From Ranitomeya imitator (Eukaryota): 64,000 nucleotides of DNA. Shown in pieces: positions 12,523-24,300 of the stretch. The stretch's first letter is position 1. Each line of letters starts with the position of its first letter. Under the pieces are notes generated by a model. It searched no databases, had not been told where the DNA came from, and saw only the letters and a program-made list of their open reading frames with translations. Both the position numbers and the translations under genes were made by a program. The DNA is taken from the NCBI RefSeq assembly GCF_032444005.1, contig NC_091282.1, forward strand, positions 767,064,001-767,128,000. The letters run 5' to 3'.

Positions 12523-12704
12523 TATATATATATAATCTCAATAGTACAGCTGAGGTCCATGCACTGTGTGGCGGCTGTTCTACATACTGCAGCTCAGATC
12601 CGTGTGGCCATTCTCAGTACTGCAGCTAAATTCCGTGAACAGTGTAGTGCTGTTCGCCGCACGGCAGCTCAGCACTGTGCATGGTGTAGTGGCCATTCTT
12701 TTTT

Positions 12705-13188
12705 GGCTGCTTTCACTCATCAGTCTTTTGCCATCAGTCACAATCCACGAATTTTGAAAAAAACGGATCCGTCGCAGATTGTGAAAAACTGATGTGACGG
12801 ATTTGTTTTTTCGCCGGATCCGACTAGCTGATCCAGCTAATTGGATCCTAAAAAAATCAAAGCATACTCGGTTAAAAAAAACGCAGATTCCGTCATTTGA
12901 CGGATCTGGTGCCATAGGCTTCCATTCTAGCAAACGACGGACGGCGACGAATCCGTCGCTGCCCGTTTTTTCGATGGACACAAAAAACGTTATGTCCATT
13001 TTTCTCTGGCCGCTGGATAAACAATTTTCAACGGATCTGGCAAAAAACGGATGAAACGTGAGGCAATCCTTCGCTAATGCAAGTCTATGAGAAAAAAACG
13101 GATCCGGCGGCAACTTTTGCCAGATCCGTTTTTTTCAAAATTCGCCAGATTGTGACTGACGGCAAAAAACTGATGTGTGAAAGCAGCC
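12705..13188. mobile_element. PIF/Harbinger-type MITE
   Basis: TIR GGCTGCTTTCAC / GTGAAAGCAGCC. TTA on the right flank. Palindromic body. Confidence 0.75.
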
Positions 13189-14033
13189 TTATGTCTGCAG
13201 CAAAACTCCGTGAACAGTGTGGTGCTGTTCGCTGTACTGTAGCTCAGCTCTGTGCACAGTGTAGGCGCCATTCTCAGTACTACAGCTCAGCTCTGTACAC
13301 AACGTAGCAACTGTTCTCAGTACTGCAGCTCAGCTCTGTGCACAGTGTAGTGGCCGTTCTCAGCACCACAGCTCAGCTCTGTGCAGCGTAGCAGCCATTC
13401 TCAGTACTGCAGCTCAGCTCTGTAGACAACGTAGCAGCTGTTCTCAGTACCGCAGATAGCTGTGTGCACAGTGTAGCAGGCGTTCTCAGTACTGCATCTC
13501 AGCTCTGTGCACTGTAGTGGCCGTTCTCAGTACTAATATAAACAGGAGGACAATGAGTCAAAGAAATATGCCAATAGTAACAAATGTGAAAAAGCTTTAT
13601 TAATAGTGAGATAAACAAAAAAAAAAAAAACAACTGTTTAAAAAGTATCTATAGTACAAATGAGCAATCAATACAGAATTTGGCAATATTAACAACAGGT
13701 GTCAAGCGAGATTCCAATTAAAATAATGAACGGTACACCAAACCTAGATAACTGCATAGGATGTAACATGCTCTGTCAAAAAATGTCCATGACTACGGTA
13801 CTGAAGGTTATATGCACAAGGAATATATCAAAGTGCATCCATAGACCAGACAAAAACGTATGTCCATGAATATGGGCAAAGAGTAAAGCAGTGAAGCAGG
13901 GGTGTATATGTGGAAGGAGTTAAACTAGTCCTAAGGCAGCATAAATAATGTGTCCTCCATTAGTCCATATCTTATCCACCCACAAACAACTCCCAGAGCA
14001 TAAAGAGTCGGTCTAGACCAACAGTGTATGTCC

Positions 14034-16910
14034 TGCAGCTCAGCTCTGTGCACAGTGTAGTGGCCGTTCTCAGTACTGCAGCTCAGCTCTGTACACAATG
14101 TAGCAGCCGTTCTCAGTACCACAGCTCAGCTCTGTGCACAGTGTAGTGGCCGTTCTCAGTGCTGCAGCTCAGCTCCGTGCACAGTGTAGCAGCCGTTCTC
14201 CGTACCACAGCTCAGCTCCATGCAGTGTAGGTGCCGTTCTCAATACCACAGCTCAGCTCTGTACACAATGTAGCACCCGTTCTCAGTACCGCAGCTCAGC
14301 TCCGTGCACCCAGTACCGCAGCTCAGCTCCGTGCACTGTGTAGTGGCCGTTCTCAGTACTGCAGCTCAGCTCTGTGCACAGTGTAGCAGCCGATCTCAAT
14401 GCTGCAGCTCAGCTCTGTGCACAGTGTAGTGGCCGTTCTCAGTACTGCAGCTCAGCTCTGTGCACAGTGTAGCAGCCGATCTCAATGCTGCAGCTCAGCT
14501 CTGTGCACAGTGTAGTGGCCGTTCTCAGTGCTGCAGCTCAGCTCTGTGCACAGTGTAGTGGCCGTTCTCAGTACCACAGCTCAGCTCCGTGCAGTGTATT
14601 GGCCGTTCTCAGTGCTGCAGCTAAGCTCTGTGCACAGTGTAGCAGCCATTCTCAGTCTGCAGCTCAGCTTTGTGCACAGTGTAGTGGCCGTACTGAGTGC
14701 TGCAGCTCAGCTCTGTGCACAGTGTAGCAGCCATTCTCAGTCTGCAGCTCAGCTCTGTGCACAGTGTAGTGGCCGTTCTCAGTGCTGCAGCTCAGCTCTG
14801 TGCACAGTGTTGCAGGCGTTCTCAGTACTGCAGCTCAGCTCCGTGCAGTGTAGTGGCCGTTCTCAGTACTGCAGCTCAGCTCCGTGCAGTGTAGTGGCCG
14901 TTCTCAGTACTGCAGCTCAGCTCCGTGCACAGTGTAGTGGCCGTTCTCAGTACCACAGCTCAGTTCCGTGTAGTGGCCGTTCTCAGTACTGCAGCCCAGC
15001 TCTGTGCACAGTGTAGCAGCTGTTCTCAGTACCACAGCTCAGTTCCGTGTAGTGGCCGTTCTCAGTACTGCAGCCCAGCTCTGTGCACAGTGTAGCAGCT
15101 GTTCTCAGTACCACAGCTCAGTTCCGTGTAGTGGCCGTTCTCAGTGCTGCAGCTCAGCTCTGTGCACAGTGTAGTGGCCATTCTCAGTCTGCAGCTCAGC
15201 TTTGTGCACAGTGTAGTGGCCGTTCTCAGTACTGCAGCTCAGCTCTGTGCACAGTGTTGCAGCCGTTCTCAGTGCTGCAGCTCAGCTCTGTGCACAGTGT
15301 AGTGGCCATTCTCAGTGCTGCAGCTCAGCTCTGTGCACAGTGTAGCAGCCATTCTCAGTCTGCAGCTCAGCTCTGTGCACAGTGTAGTGGCCGTTCTCAG
15401 TGCTGCAGCTCAGCTCCGTGCACAGTGTAGTGGCCGTTCTCAGTACTGCAGCTCAGCTCCGTGCACAGTGTAGTGGCCGTTCTCAGTACTGCAGCTCAGC
15501 TCTGTGCACAGTGTAGTGGCCGTTCTCAGTACCACAGCTCAGTTCCGTGTAGTGGCCGTTCTCAGTGCTGCAGCTCACCTCTGTGCACAGTGTAGTGGCC
15601 GTTCTCAGTACTGCAACTCAGCTCCGTGCAGTGTAGTGGCCGTTCTCAGTACTGCAGCTCAGCTCTGTGCACAGTGTAGTGACCGTTCTCAGTGCTGCAG
15701 CTCAGCTCTGTGCACAGTGTAGTGGCCGTTCTCAGTACTGCAGTTCAGCTCTGTGCACAGTGTAGCGGCCGTTCTCAGTACTGCAGCTCAGCTCTGTGCA
15801 CAGTGTAGCGGCCGTTCTCAGTACTGCAGCTCAGCTCTGTGAACAGTGTAGTGGCCGTTCTCAGTACTGCAACTCAGCTCCGTGCAGTGTAGTGGCCGTT
15901 CTCAGTACTGCAGCTCAGCTCTGTGCACAGTGTAGTGACCGTTCTCAGTACTGCAGATCAGCTCCGTGCACAGTGTAGTGGCCGTTCTCGGTACTGCAGC
16001 TCAGCTCTGTGCACAGCGTAGTGGCCGTTCTCAGTACTGCAGCTCAACTCTGTGCAGTGTAGTGGCCGTTCTCAGTACTGCAGCTCAGCTCTGTGCACAG
16101 TGTAGTGACCGTTCTCAGTACTGCAGCTCAGCTCTGTGCACAGTGTAGTGGCCGTTCTCAGTACTGCAGTTCAGCTCTGTGCACAGTGTAGCGGCCGTTC
16201 TCAGTACTGCAGCTCAGCTCTGTGCACAGTGTAGTGGCCGTTCTCAGTACTGCAGCTCAGCTCCGTGCACAGTGTAGTGGCCGTTCTCAGTACTGCAGCT
16301 CAGCTCCGTGCACAGTGTAGTGGCCGTTCTCAGTGCTGCAGATCAGCTGTGTGTACAGTGTAGTGGCCGTTCTCAGTGCTGCAGATCAGCTCTGTGCACA
16401 GTGTAGTGGACGTTCTCAGTACTGCAGCTCAGCTCTGTGCACAGTGTAGTGGCCGTTCTCAGTACTGCAGCTCAGCTCCGTGCACAGTGTAGTGGCCGTT
16501 CTCCGTGCTGCAGCTCCGCTCCGTGCACAGTGTAGTGGCCGTTCTCAGTGCTGCAGATCAGCTATGTGTACAGTGTAGTGGCCGTTCTCAGTGCTGCAGC
16601 TCAGCTCTGTGCACAGTGTAGTGGCCGTTCTCAGTACTGCAGCTCAGCTCTGTGCACAGTGTAGTGGCCGTTCTCAGTACTGCAGTTCAGCTCTGTGCAC
16701 ATTGTAGCGGCCGTTCTCAGTACTGCAGCTCAGCTCTGTGCACAGTGTAGCGGCCGTTCTCAGTACTGCAGCTCAGCTCTGTGCACAGTGTAGTGGCCGT
16801 TCTCAGTACTGCAGCTCAGCTCTGTGCACAGTGTAGTGGCCGTTCTCAGTACTGCAGCTCAGCTCTGTGCACAGTGTAGTGGCCGTTCTCCGTACTGCAG
16901 TTCAGCTCCT
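14034..16910. repeat. 43-bp tandem satellite (roughly 65-70 units); partial arrays also at about 12545-12700 and 13190-13535
   Basis: Consensus CAGTGTAGTGGCCGTTCTCAGTACTGCAGCTCAGCTCTGTGCA, with 41-bp and shorter variants. Most homogeneous at the right end. Confidence 0.97.
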
Positions 16911-18310
16911 ATTGAAGTGAATGCAATCTGATCTGCAGTACCAGGAGCAGCCACTACATGATACCGAGCCATGACTCTCTGGTTTTTGCTGAGCAGTGGG
17001 GTCTCGAATGGCAGATTAGACCCCCACCAATTTAACAATGTCCTATCCTATGGAAAGGTCATCAATTATACAAGTCTTGTACAATCTCTGAGATCATTCA
17101 GACCTCTGGGAGAGCTGGGTGATGGCCTTCTATAATGACGCCCATACTAAGGCTCCGTTCACACCTGTCCGAAACCCAAATGGACCCCAGTGCCTGTTCT
17201 AAGTGGGATCCTTGACGCTCTTGTGAAGAGAGCCAGCATCTCTATCCCGTATTATGTCCATGTTGGATGGATAAAGGGGAATTTTAAGAATGTTTTACAT
17301 TCCGCTCACAACTACTCCTCTCATCCTCCGGCGGACATCAGATTTAATCAAAGAAATGCCAGTATTCGGTTTCTATAGTAACGGTGTACTGGGGATTCTG
17401 AGTGCTGAAACATTTACACAACCTTGTCCATGTATTATATCTGTTTTTCTCTCCATTTGCAGTGCAGGTGAATGCAATATTTTGTTCTCTGTTGTCAGCC
17501 ATATCAGGCCAGGAAGAGGGGAGTCTGACAGGAATGGCAAAAAAACAACATACAGTTATTAAAAGGGGTCTCCGGTCTACAAAAATGATCACCCACCACC
17601 ACATAGGCGATAATTGTTAGGCTGCTGGGGGTCATAATTTAAAAAAAAATAAATAAAGAAGGAATCTCTTGTTATTTCTTGTAACATTATTAATCATCTT
17701 GTTACACCATAAGATTTCTGCTCGCTGTTAGTGAACAGATTGCATCCCAAGGCTGAAAACCTGACCTTACCTGTGCCGTTTGTTACAGTGTATCAGTGCA
17801 GGCAAAAGGCTGGAGTCCTGGGTAGGAGAAGGACTTGTGCTGTGGATGTCATTGCCTTGACTGATGCTCTGTAATGAATTTCAGCATTGCCAGAAGTAGG
17901 AAACGAGCTGTAGTATGTTTCCATTCACTGACAGTAAGCAGAGATTTTGAAAATGTTGAACAAATTAAATTTGCTACAATCAATATTTTATGTCTCCTTA
18001 AAGTTTCTCCACCCTGCCAGGTTAAACCGTACATGTTTTTCTATTGCTATCTTATAATCCGGATTATTTGATAATCCAGAATTTTTAACACTGGAGAAGG
18101 AAGACCTTAAATTATGCAATTGCTTTCCAGGCGACTTCCTCATAGAGAAGCGTGAGCTCAGCAGAATATCCCGGCTGTTTGGTCCTTGTAAGGTCTAATT
18201 CTGAAAGCCATAAATGCAGAGGAAGTGAAGTGTTCTGTTCTCCTTTGACCTAGTGACTATTTGCTCATCGGACCCCTGACACAAAGAAATCCCAGACTGA
18301 CCAAAGAAGA

Positions 18311-21300
18311 ATGAAAAGAAGAGACGCGGCCCAAAAAGGGGGCTCCGGACCCCAAGTGAAGGCTGAAAGCCCCAAAATGTCTAAGCCTCACAGCAGAACT
18401 CCTAAGGCCCGGTGAGTGAGTTTTCCTATCCTTATTCATGTAATCATTATCAGCCTTGTACTTTGTTCTGGGCAATGATCTGTGCTGTCTGCATGAGAGA
18501 CAGAAAAAGCAAAAATCAGCGGTGGGGACGCAGGATATTGTCAAATTAGGGGACTAATGAGACGACACTTACACATAGAAGAATGCGTGTATAATATACA
18601 GTCAGTGCCCTTGGTGTATTATATAATGCATGGATAACGTCACCATGTATGTAGAATAAACTGCCATACTGCACACATCAATAATGTCACCATGCAGTGC
18701 TCACAAATAGCATTGCTATACAGTATACCTAATTAATGTCACCATACAGTGCTATACAGTATACCTAATTAATGTCACCATACAGTGCTATACAGTATAC
18801 CTAATTAATGTCACCATACAGTGCTATACAGTATACCTAATTAATGTCACCATACAGTGCTATACAGTATACCTAATTAATGTCACCATACAGTGCTATA
18901 CAGTATACCTAATTAATGTCACCATACAGTGCTATACAGTATAGCTAATTAATGCTACCATACAGTGCTAATAACAGTGCTATACAGTATACCTAATTAA
19001 TGTCACCATACAGTGCTATACAGTATAGCTAATGTCACCATGCAGTGCTATACAGTATAGCTAATTAATATTACCATACAGTGCTATACAGTATAGCTAA
19101 TTAATGTCACCATACAGTGCTATACAGTATACCTAATTAATGTCACCATGCAGTGCTAATACCAGTGCTATACAGTATACCTAAATAATGTCACCATACA
19201 GTGCTAATAAATAACAGTGCTATACAGCATACCTAATTAATACCACCATATACAGTGCTCATAAATGACACGGTCATAATATCACCATGGTGTGTAGATT
19301 ATACTACCATTATGTACACAACTTATGCCTCCATGCAAATATTACTGCCATACAGTACTCTAAACTAATGCCATCATATAGTACTTATAAATAACTCTGC
19401 CATACAGTACTAATGCCAAACAGTACTAATTACCTTAATATACTGTAAAATGTCACTATACAGTGCACATACTATAGATTTAACTGCCATACTCTACATA
19501 TCAGTAATGCCACCATACAGTGTATATAGATAACCTTTCCATACAGTATGCATTACTAATGCCACTATACAGTGCTCATATATGATATTGGCATAATGTA
19601 CAAATAGTGTGACCAAACGGTGTACATAGATTATGCTGCCATAATGTACAAATAATGTCACCATAGGATGTGCATAGATTTCACTGCCATAATGTACACA
19701 TACCTTATGCCGCCATACAGTACTCTTAACTAATGCCACACAAACCACTCATAAAAATGCTACTCTACTGTACAAATAACTAATGCCACCATACAGTACT
19801 CATATATGACACTGCCAGTATGTACATAGATCATACTGCCATTATTACACGTACGTTATGTTTTCATATAGTGCTTATAAATGTTGTTACCATACAGTAC
19901 CCATAACTAATGCCGCTATATAGTACTTATAAATAACACTGCTATATGGGTACATGTGGTCTATGGTAATGTGATTAGTGTTACTTTTTTTTCCCATAAA
20001 TGATTCCCTGCGAACAATTACTGTCAAATGATATAAACATTCTGGCTGCTCACAGCCACCACTAACAGCATGTGGTTAAATGGAGGCTCCGCTACTATAT
20101 GGAAAGATTCAGGGCGATTATCAGTGAAACCCTCTCCCCAGCCGTCCCCTCTAGATCCAGGTAATTGTATAAGTAGACCCCTAGTGTAATAAGTGCCCTC
20201 TCTGTTCCCTACACCCAACCTGTTCTCAGCCAGGAGGAGGAATGGGATTGCCCAAAATGTTATATAGGGCAATTGCTAGTATTACAATTCCTGAAGGAAT
20301 TATCTAAGGTTGGTGCCAAACCAAATAGTGATGGGATGAGGTCAGATGTATAAAAAATGGCTAACCTGCACGAGCTATATTGCGACACGGGGCCCTGATG
20401 TCACAGGACTGTCACATGTTCTATTTCAGTTCCTCCCGCTTTTAAGGTCACATTTTATTACGAGGCTGAAGTTGGTTTCTTATTCGGCAATAAGTGGGCA
20501 CCGAAGGGCATTAATGAAAGGGTTAAATGCCTTTGGGCCACTGATCTCACACTTAGAATACACAGACAGTGATGCCCTGCATCAAACCCAGGTCCCTCTA
20601 ACCTGGCCCAAATGGGTTCTGGGCATCAGAATTGGCATCAAAGTGGGCAGACAGCCCAATTTCACAGATTTTAATAAGTAACTGATGTTTTTAAGGGGTT
20701 AAATGACTTTGGGCCACTGATCTCACACTAAGAATACACAGACGTCATTTAACCCCTTAAAAACATCAGTTACTTAGTGACGGCCTGCATCAAAAGCCAT
20801 TTGAATAAGTAGCTGATGTTTTTAAGGGCCATTTGGGCCAGGCTGGAGATACCTGGTTTTGATGTGAGGCTCACTGTTCTATATGTCTGCACTGTGGTAT
20901 CAGTGGCCCAATGTCATTTATTTAACCCTTGGATTAACGCCCTTCGGTGCCCACTTTGATGCCCAATTTTGTGCCAGTTTTATAATTTTTGTAGCTGTTA
21001 AGTGTATTCGCATCAGGGCACCTCGCTGCATTGTGTGTTATTATTGTGATGCTTATTATTTGTTGTTAAACCTATAAAAAACAGAAAAGAAAAAAATTGC
21101 TGAATATGAAACTGACCAATAGGAAACCAACTTCAGCCTGGTCATTTTATTCTTCTATCGTGGCATAATGTCTTTCCAAATAAGTCGCTCGAATCACCTA
21201 ATACATGAGTAGTCCATGTACGTCCTTCCTGCTGAGCCTGTGCTAGCATACAACGACCAAAGCGGGCATGGAGGCAGCATAGCACCTAGCCCGGGTGCTG

Positions 21301-24300
21301 ACTTCTGTGCATTTCTGGCGGCAGACATGATGTGATATTATTGTAATGCATGCACTTATTTTCCAGGCGGTCTTCCCGTGTGTTGTCCTTCATGAAGTTG
21401 TGTGCGATAACGCTCGTCGCCATTTATATATGTGTCCCGTTTATCATTAGACTCTTCCCCGCACTTTTGGGCAAGGTGGTTTACTTAAACATGGGTAAGT
21501 ACCCAGATCTGTACCTGTAGTTTGGTGATGGAGCCTTCAGCTCCTCTGCAGTGATGGGGTACAGAAACGCCGCGTTGGGTTTGTTTTTTTTTCTAAGCTG
21601 ATATGGATTTATTTAGAATTTATGATCTGTATCAATAAGGAATAATTTTATGTCTGTGGAGCTGGATCCTTGCTGTCTGTAGTCTGCACACAGCATGGGG
21701 CAGGGCAGCCGCAGGGACAGAGGTACGGCCCTGTTCACACCTGCACCTTGTGTCTCATTTTACCAATATTGTCTCCATAGTAAAAATTCCGCTATTTGTT
21801 GACTTGAAGAACCCGGGAGAAGTCGTGAATCACACGGTAAACTTCTATCTGACATCAGAGGAAGGAGTCACCCTGGGAATCTGGTGAGTAACCACAACNN
21901 NNNNNNNNNNNNNNNNNNNNNNNNNNNNNNNNNNNNNNNNNNNNNNNNNNNNNNNNNNNNNNNNNNNNNNNNNNNNNNNNNNNNNNNNNNNNNNNNNNNN
22001 NNNNNNNNNNNNNNNNNNNNNNNNNNNNNNNNNNNNNNNNNNNNNNNNNNNNNNNNNNNNNNNNNNNNNNNNNNNNNNNNNNNNNNNNNNNNNNNNNNNN
22101 NNNNNNNNNNNNNNNNNNNNNNNNNNNNNNNNNNNNNNNNNNNNNNNNNGCAGCGCTCAGATATATTACAAAGTTGCCTATGAAATAAAAATTTATCAGA
22201 CGGTTACAATTCAATAATGCGACGAGCGGGGGGGCCAACGTCTGCTCTGTGCACGGAGCCTCCCCATTAATCATTGCCATCACGTCTTGTAGGCACACGC
22301 TGCCCGCCAGCAGGGGAGAGGAGGCCAAAGACAAGGACCAGCGCTGGTACGAAAGATCGCTCGCCGATGACAATCCGGTCATCATTTATCTCCATGGTAA
22401 TGGAGGAACCAGGTGATTACAGACTTGTCTATAATAAGGGGAACTTGATTACAGTCCTCCGAAAAATTATATCATGTCCCATCAAGGAAGCGCTGACTCC
22501 ATCTAGTCTGTTAAAAAAGTGATGATCGAGGCCCGAGGCGTCTCACTCCTTATATTGGTGCTAAGTGACTCTAATTATCTATTAGACTGTTATTGTGTGC
22601 TGATGATTATGAATGTAATCAGGTTTGGGATATACAGGCTGGCACTATTTATGGTGATATATAGCTAGACACTAATAATGGGGGCAACCTGGCTATTACT
22701 ATTAATGGGGATATAGTCTGACACTGATAATAATTACGGTATATACTGGTAATTCTCACAAAATTAGAATATCTTCAAAAAGTTAATGTATTTCAATACA
22801 AAAAGTGAAACTCCTATTAGGCTAGGTTCAGATTGCGTTAGTGCAATCCGTTTAGCGCCTAGCGCTAGCGGATTGCACTAACGCAATGTGTTGTAAAGGG
22901 GTCACGTTAAACGTCCCCGCTCTCGCAGATCTCCGATCTGCGAGAGCGGGGAACGGACCGCGGGCGCACCTCGGACGCTGCAAGCAGCATCCGCGGCGCG
23001 CCACAAAACACCGGCACATCGCTAGCGCGTGCCGAAAATGGCACACACTAGTGATGCGCGTCCCCATTGCTGTTAATGGGCGCACTAACGGACGCGTTGC
23101 ACGGCGTTAATTTCGCCGTGCAACGCTGTCTGTTAGCGCGGTCCCAATAACGCAATGGGAACCTAGCCTTATATAGAGTCATGACAAACAGAGTGATCTA
23201 TTTCAAGTGTTTATTTCTGTTAATGTTGATGATTATGGCTTACAGTCAATGAAAACCCAAAAGTCACTACCTAAGTAAATTAAAATACTTTATAGCACCA
23301 GCTTGAAAAAATGATTTTAAAATCCGAAATATTGGCCTACTGAAATGTATGTCCAGTAAATGCACTCAATACTTGGTCAGGGCTCCTTTTGCATCAATTA
23401 CTGCATCAAAACGGCGTGGCATGGAGGAGATCAGCCTGTGGCACTGCTGAGGTGTTATGGAAGCCCAGGTTGCTTTGATAGTAGCCTTCAGCTCGTCTGC
23501 AGTGTTGGGTCTGGTGTCTCTCATCTTCCTCCTGACAATACTCCATAGATTCTCTATGGGGTTAAGGTCAGGCGAGTTTGCAAGCCAATCAAGCACAGTG
23601 ATACTGTTGTTTGTAAACCAGATATTGGTACTTTTAGCAGTGTGGACAGGTGCCAAGTCTTGCTGGAGAATGACATTTCCATCTCCAAAAAGCTTGTCAG
23701 CAGAGGGAAGCATGAAGTGCTCTAAAATTTCCTGGTAGACGGCTGCGCTGACTTTGGTCTTGATAAAACACAGTGGATCTACACCAGCAGATGACATGGC
23801 TCCCCAAACCATCACTGACTGTGGAAACTTCACACTAGACCTCAAGCAGCTTGGATTGTGGCCTCTCCACTCTTCCTCCAGACTCAGGGACCTTGATTTC
23901 CAAATGAAATGCAAAATTTACTTTAATCTGAAAACACCTTGGACCACTGAGCAACAGTCCAGTTCTTTTTCTCCTTGGCCCAGGTAAGACGCTTCTGTCG
24001 TTGTCTATTGGTCATGAGTGGCTTGACACAAGGAATGCAACACTTGTAGCCCATGTCCTGGATACGTCTGTGTGTGGTGGCTCTTGAGGAAATGACTCCA
24101 GCAGCAGTCCACTCCTTGTGAATATCCCACAAATTTTTGAATGGCCTTTTCTTAGCGATCCTTTCAAGGCTGCAGTTATCCCGGTTGCTTGTGCACCTTT
24201 TTCCTTCCACTCAACTTTCCTTTAACCCCTTTCCATTGTTGGGCGTAATAGTATACCCAAGTTGAAATCTCTCCCTTTGATGTAGGCTCTGGCGCTGAGC

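Noticed and set aside
14134-16148. Cys/Ser/Ala/Gln-rich ORFs (up to 162 aa) suggesting a keratin-associated or metallothionein-like protein
   Set aside because: They are translations of the 43-bp satellite in all frames, mostly from non-ATG starts, with no splice structure.
14034-16910. CRISPR-like appearance of the 43-bp array (and the 30-bp array at 52000-52325)
   Set aside because: Units are contiguous with no unique spacers, there are no cas genes, and the context is vertebrate.
17761-17830. Strong minus-strand donor CAG/GTAAGG as a first exon of a divergent neighbour gene (NIN is adjacent in mammals)
   Set aside because: An 8-mer like this is expected about twice by chance in 128 kb of both strands; no CpG island or coding support.
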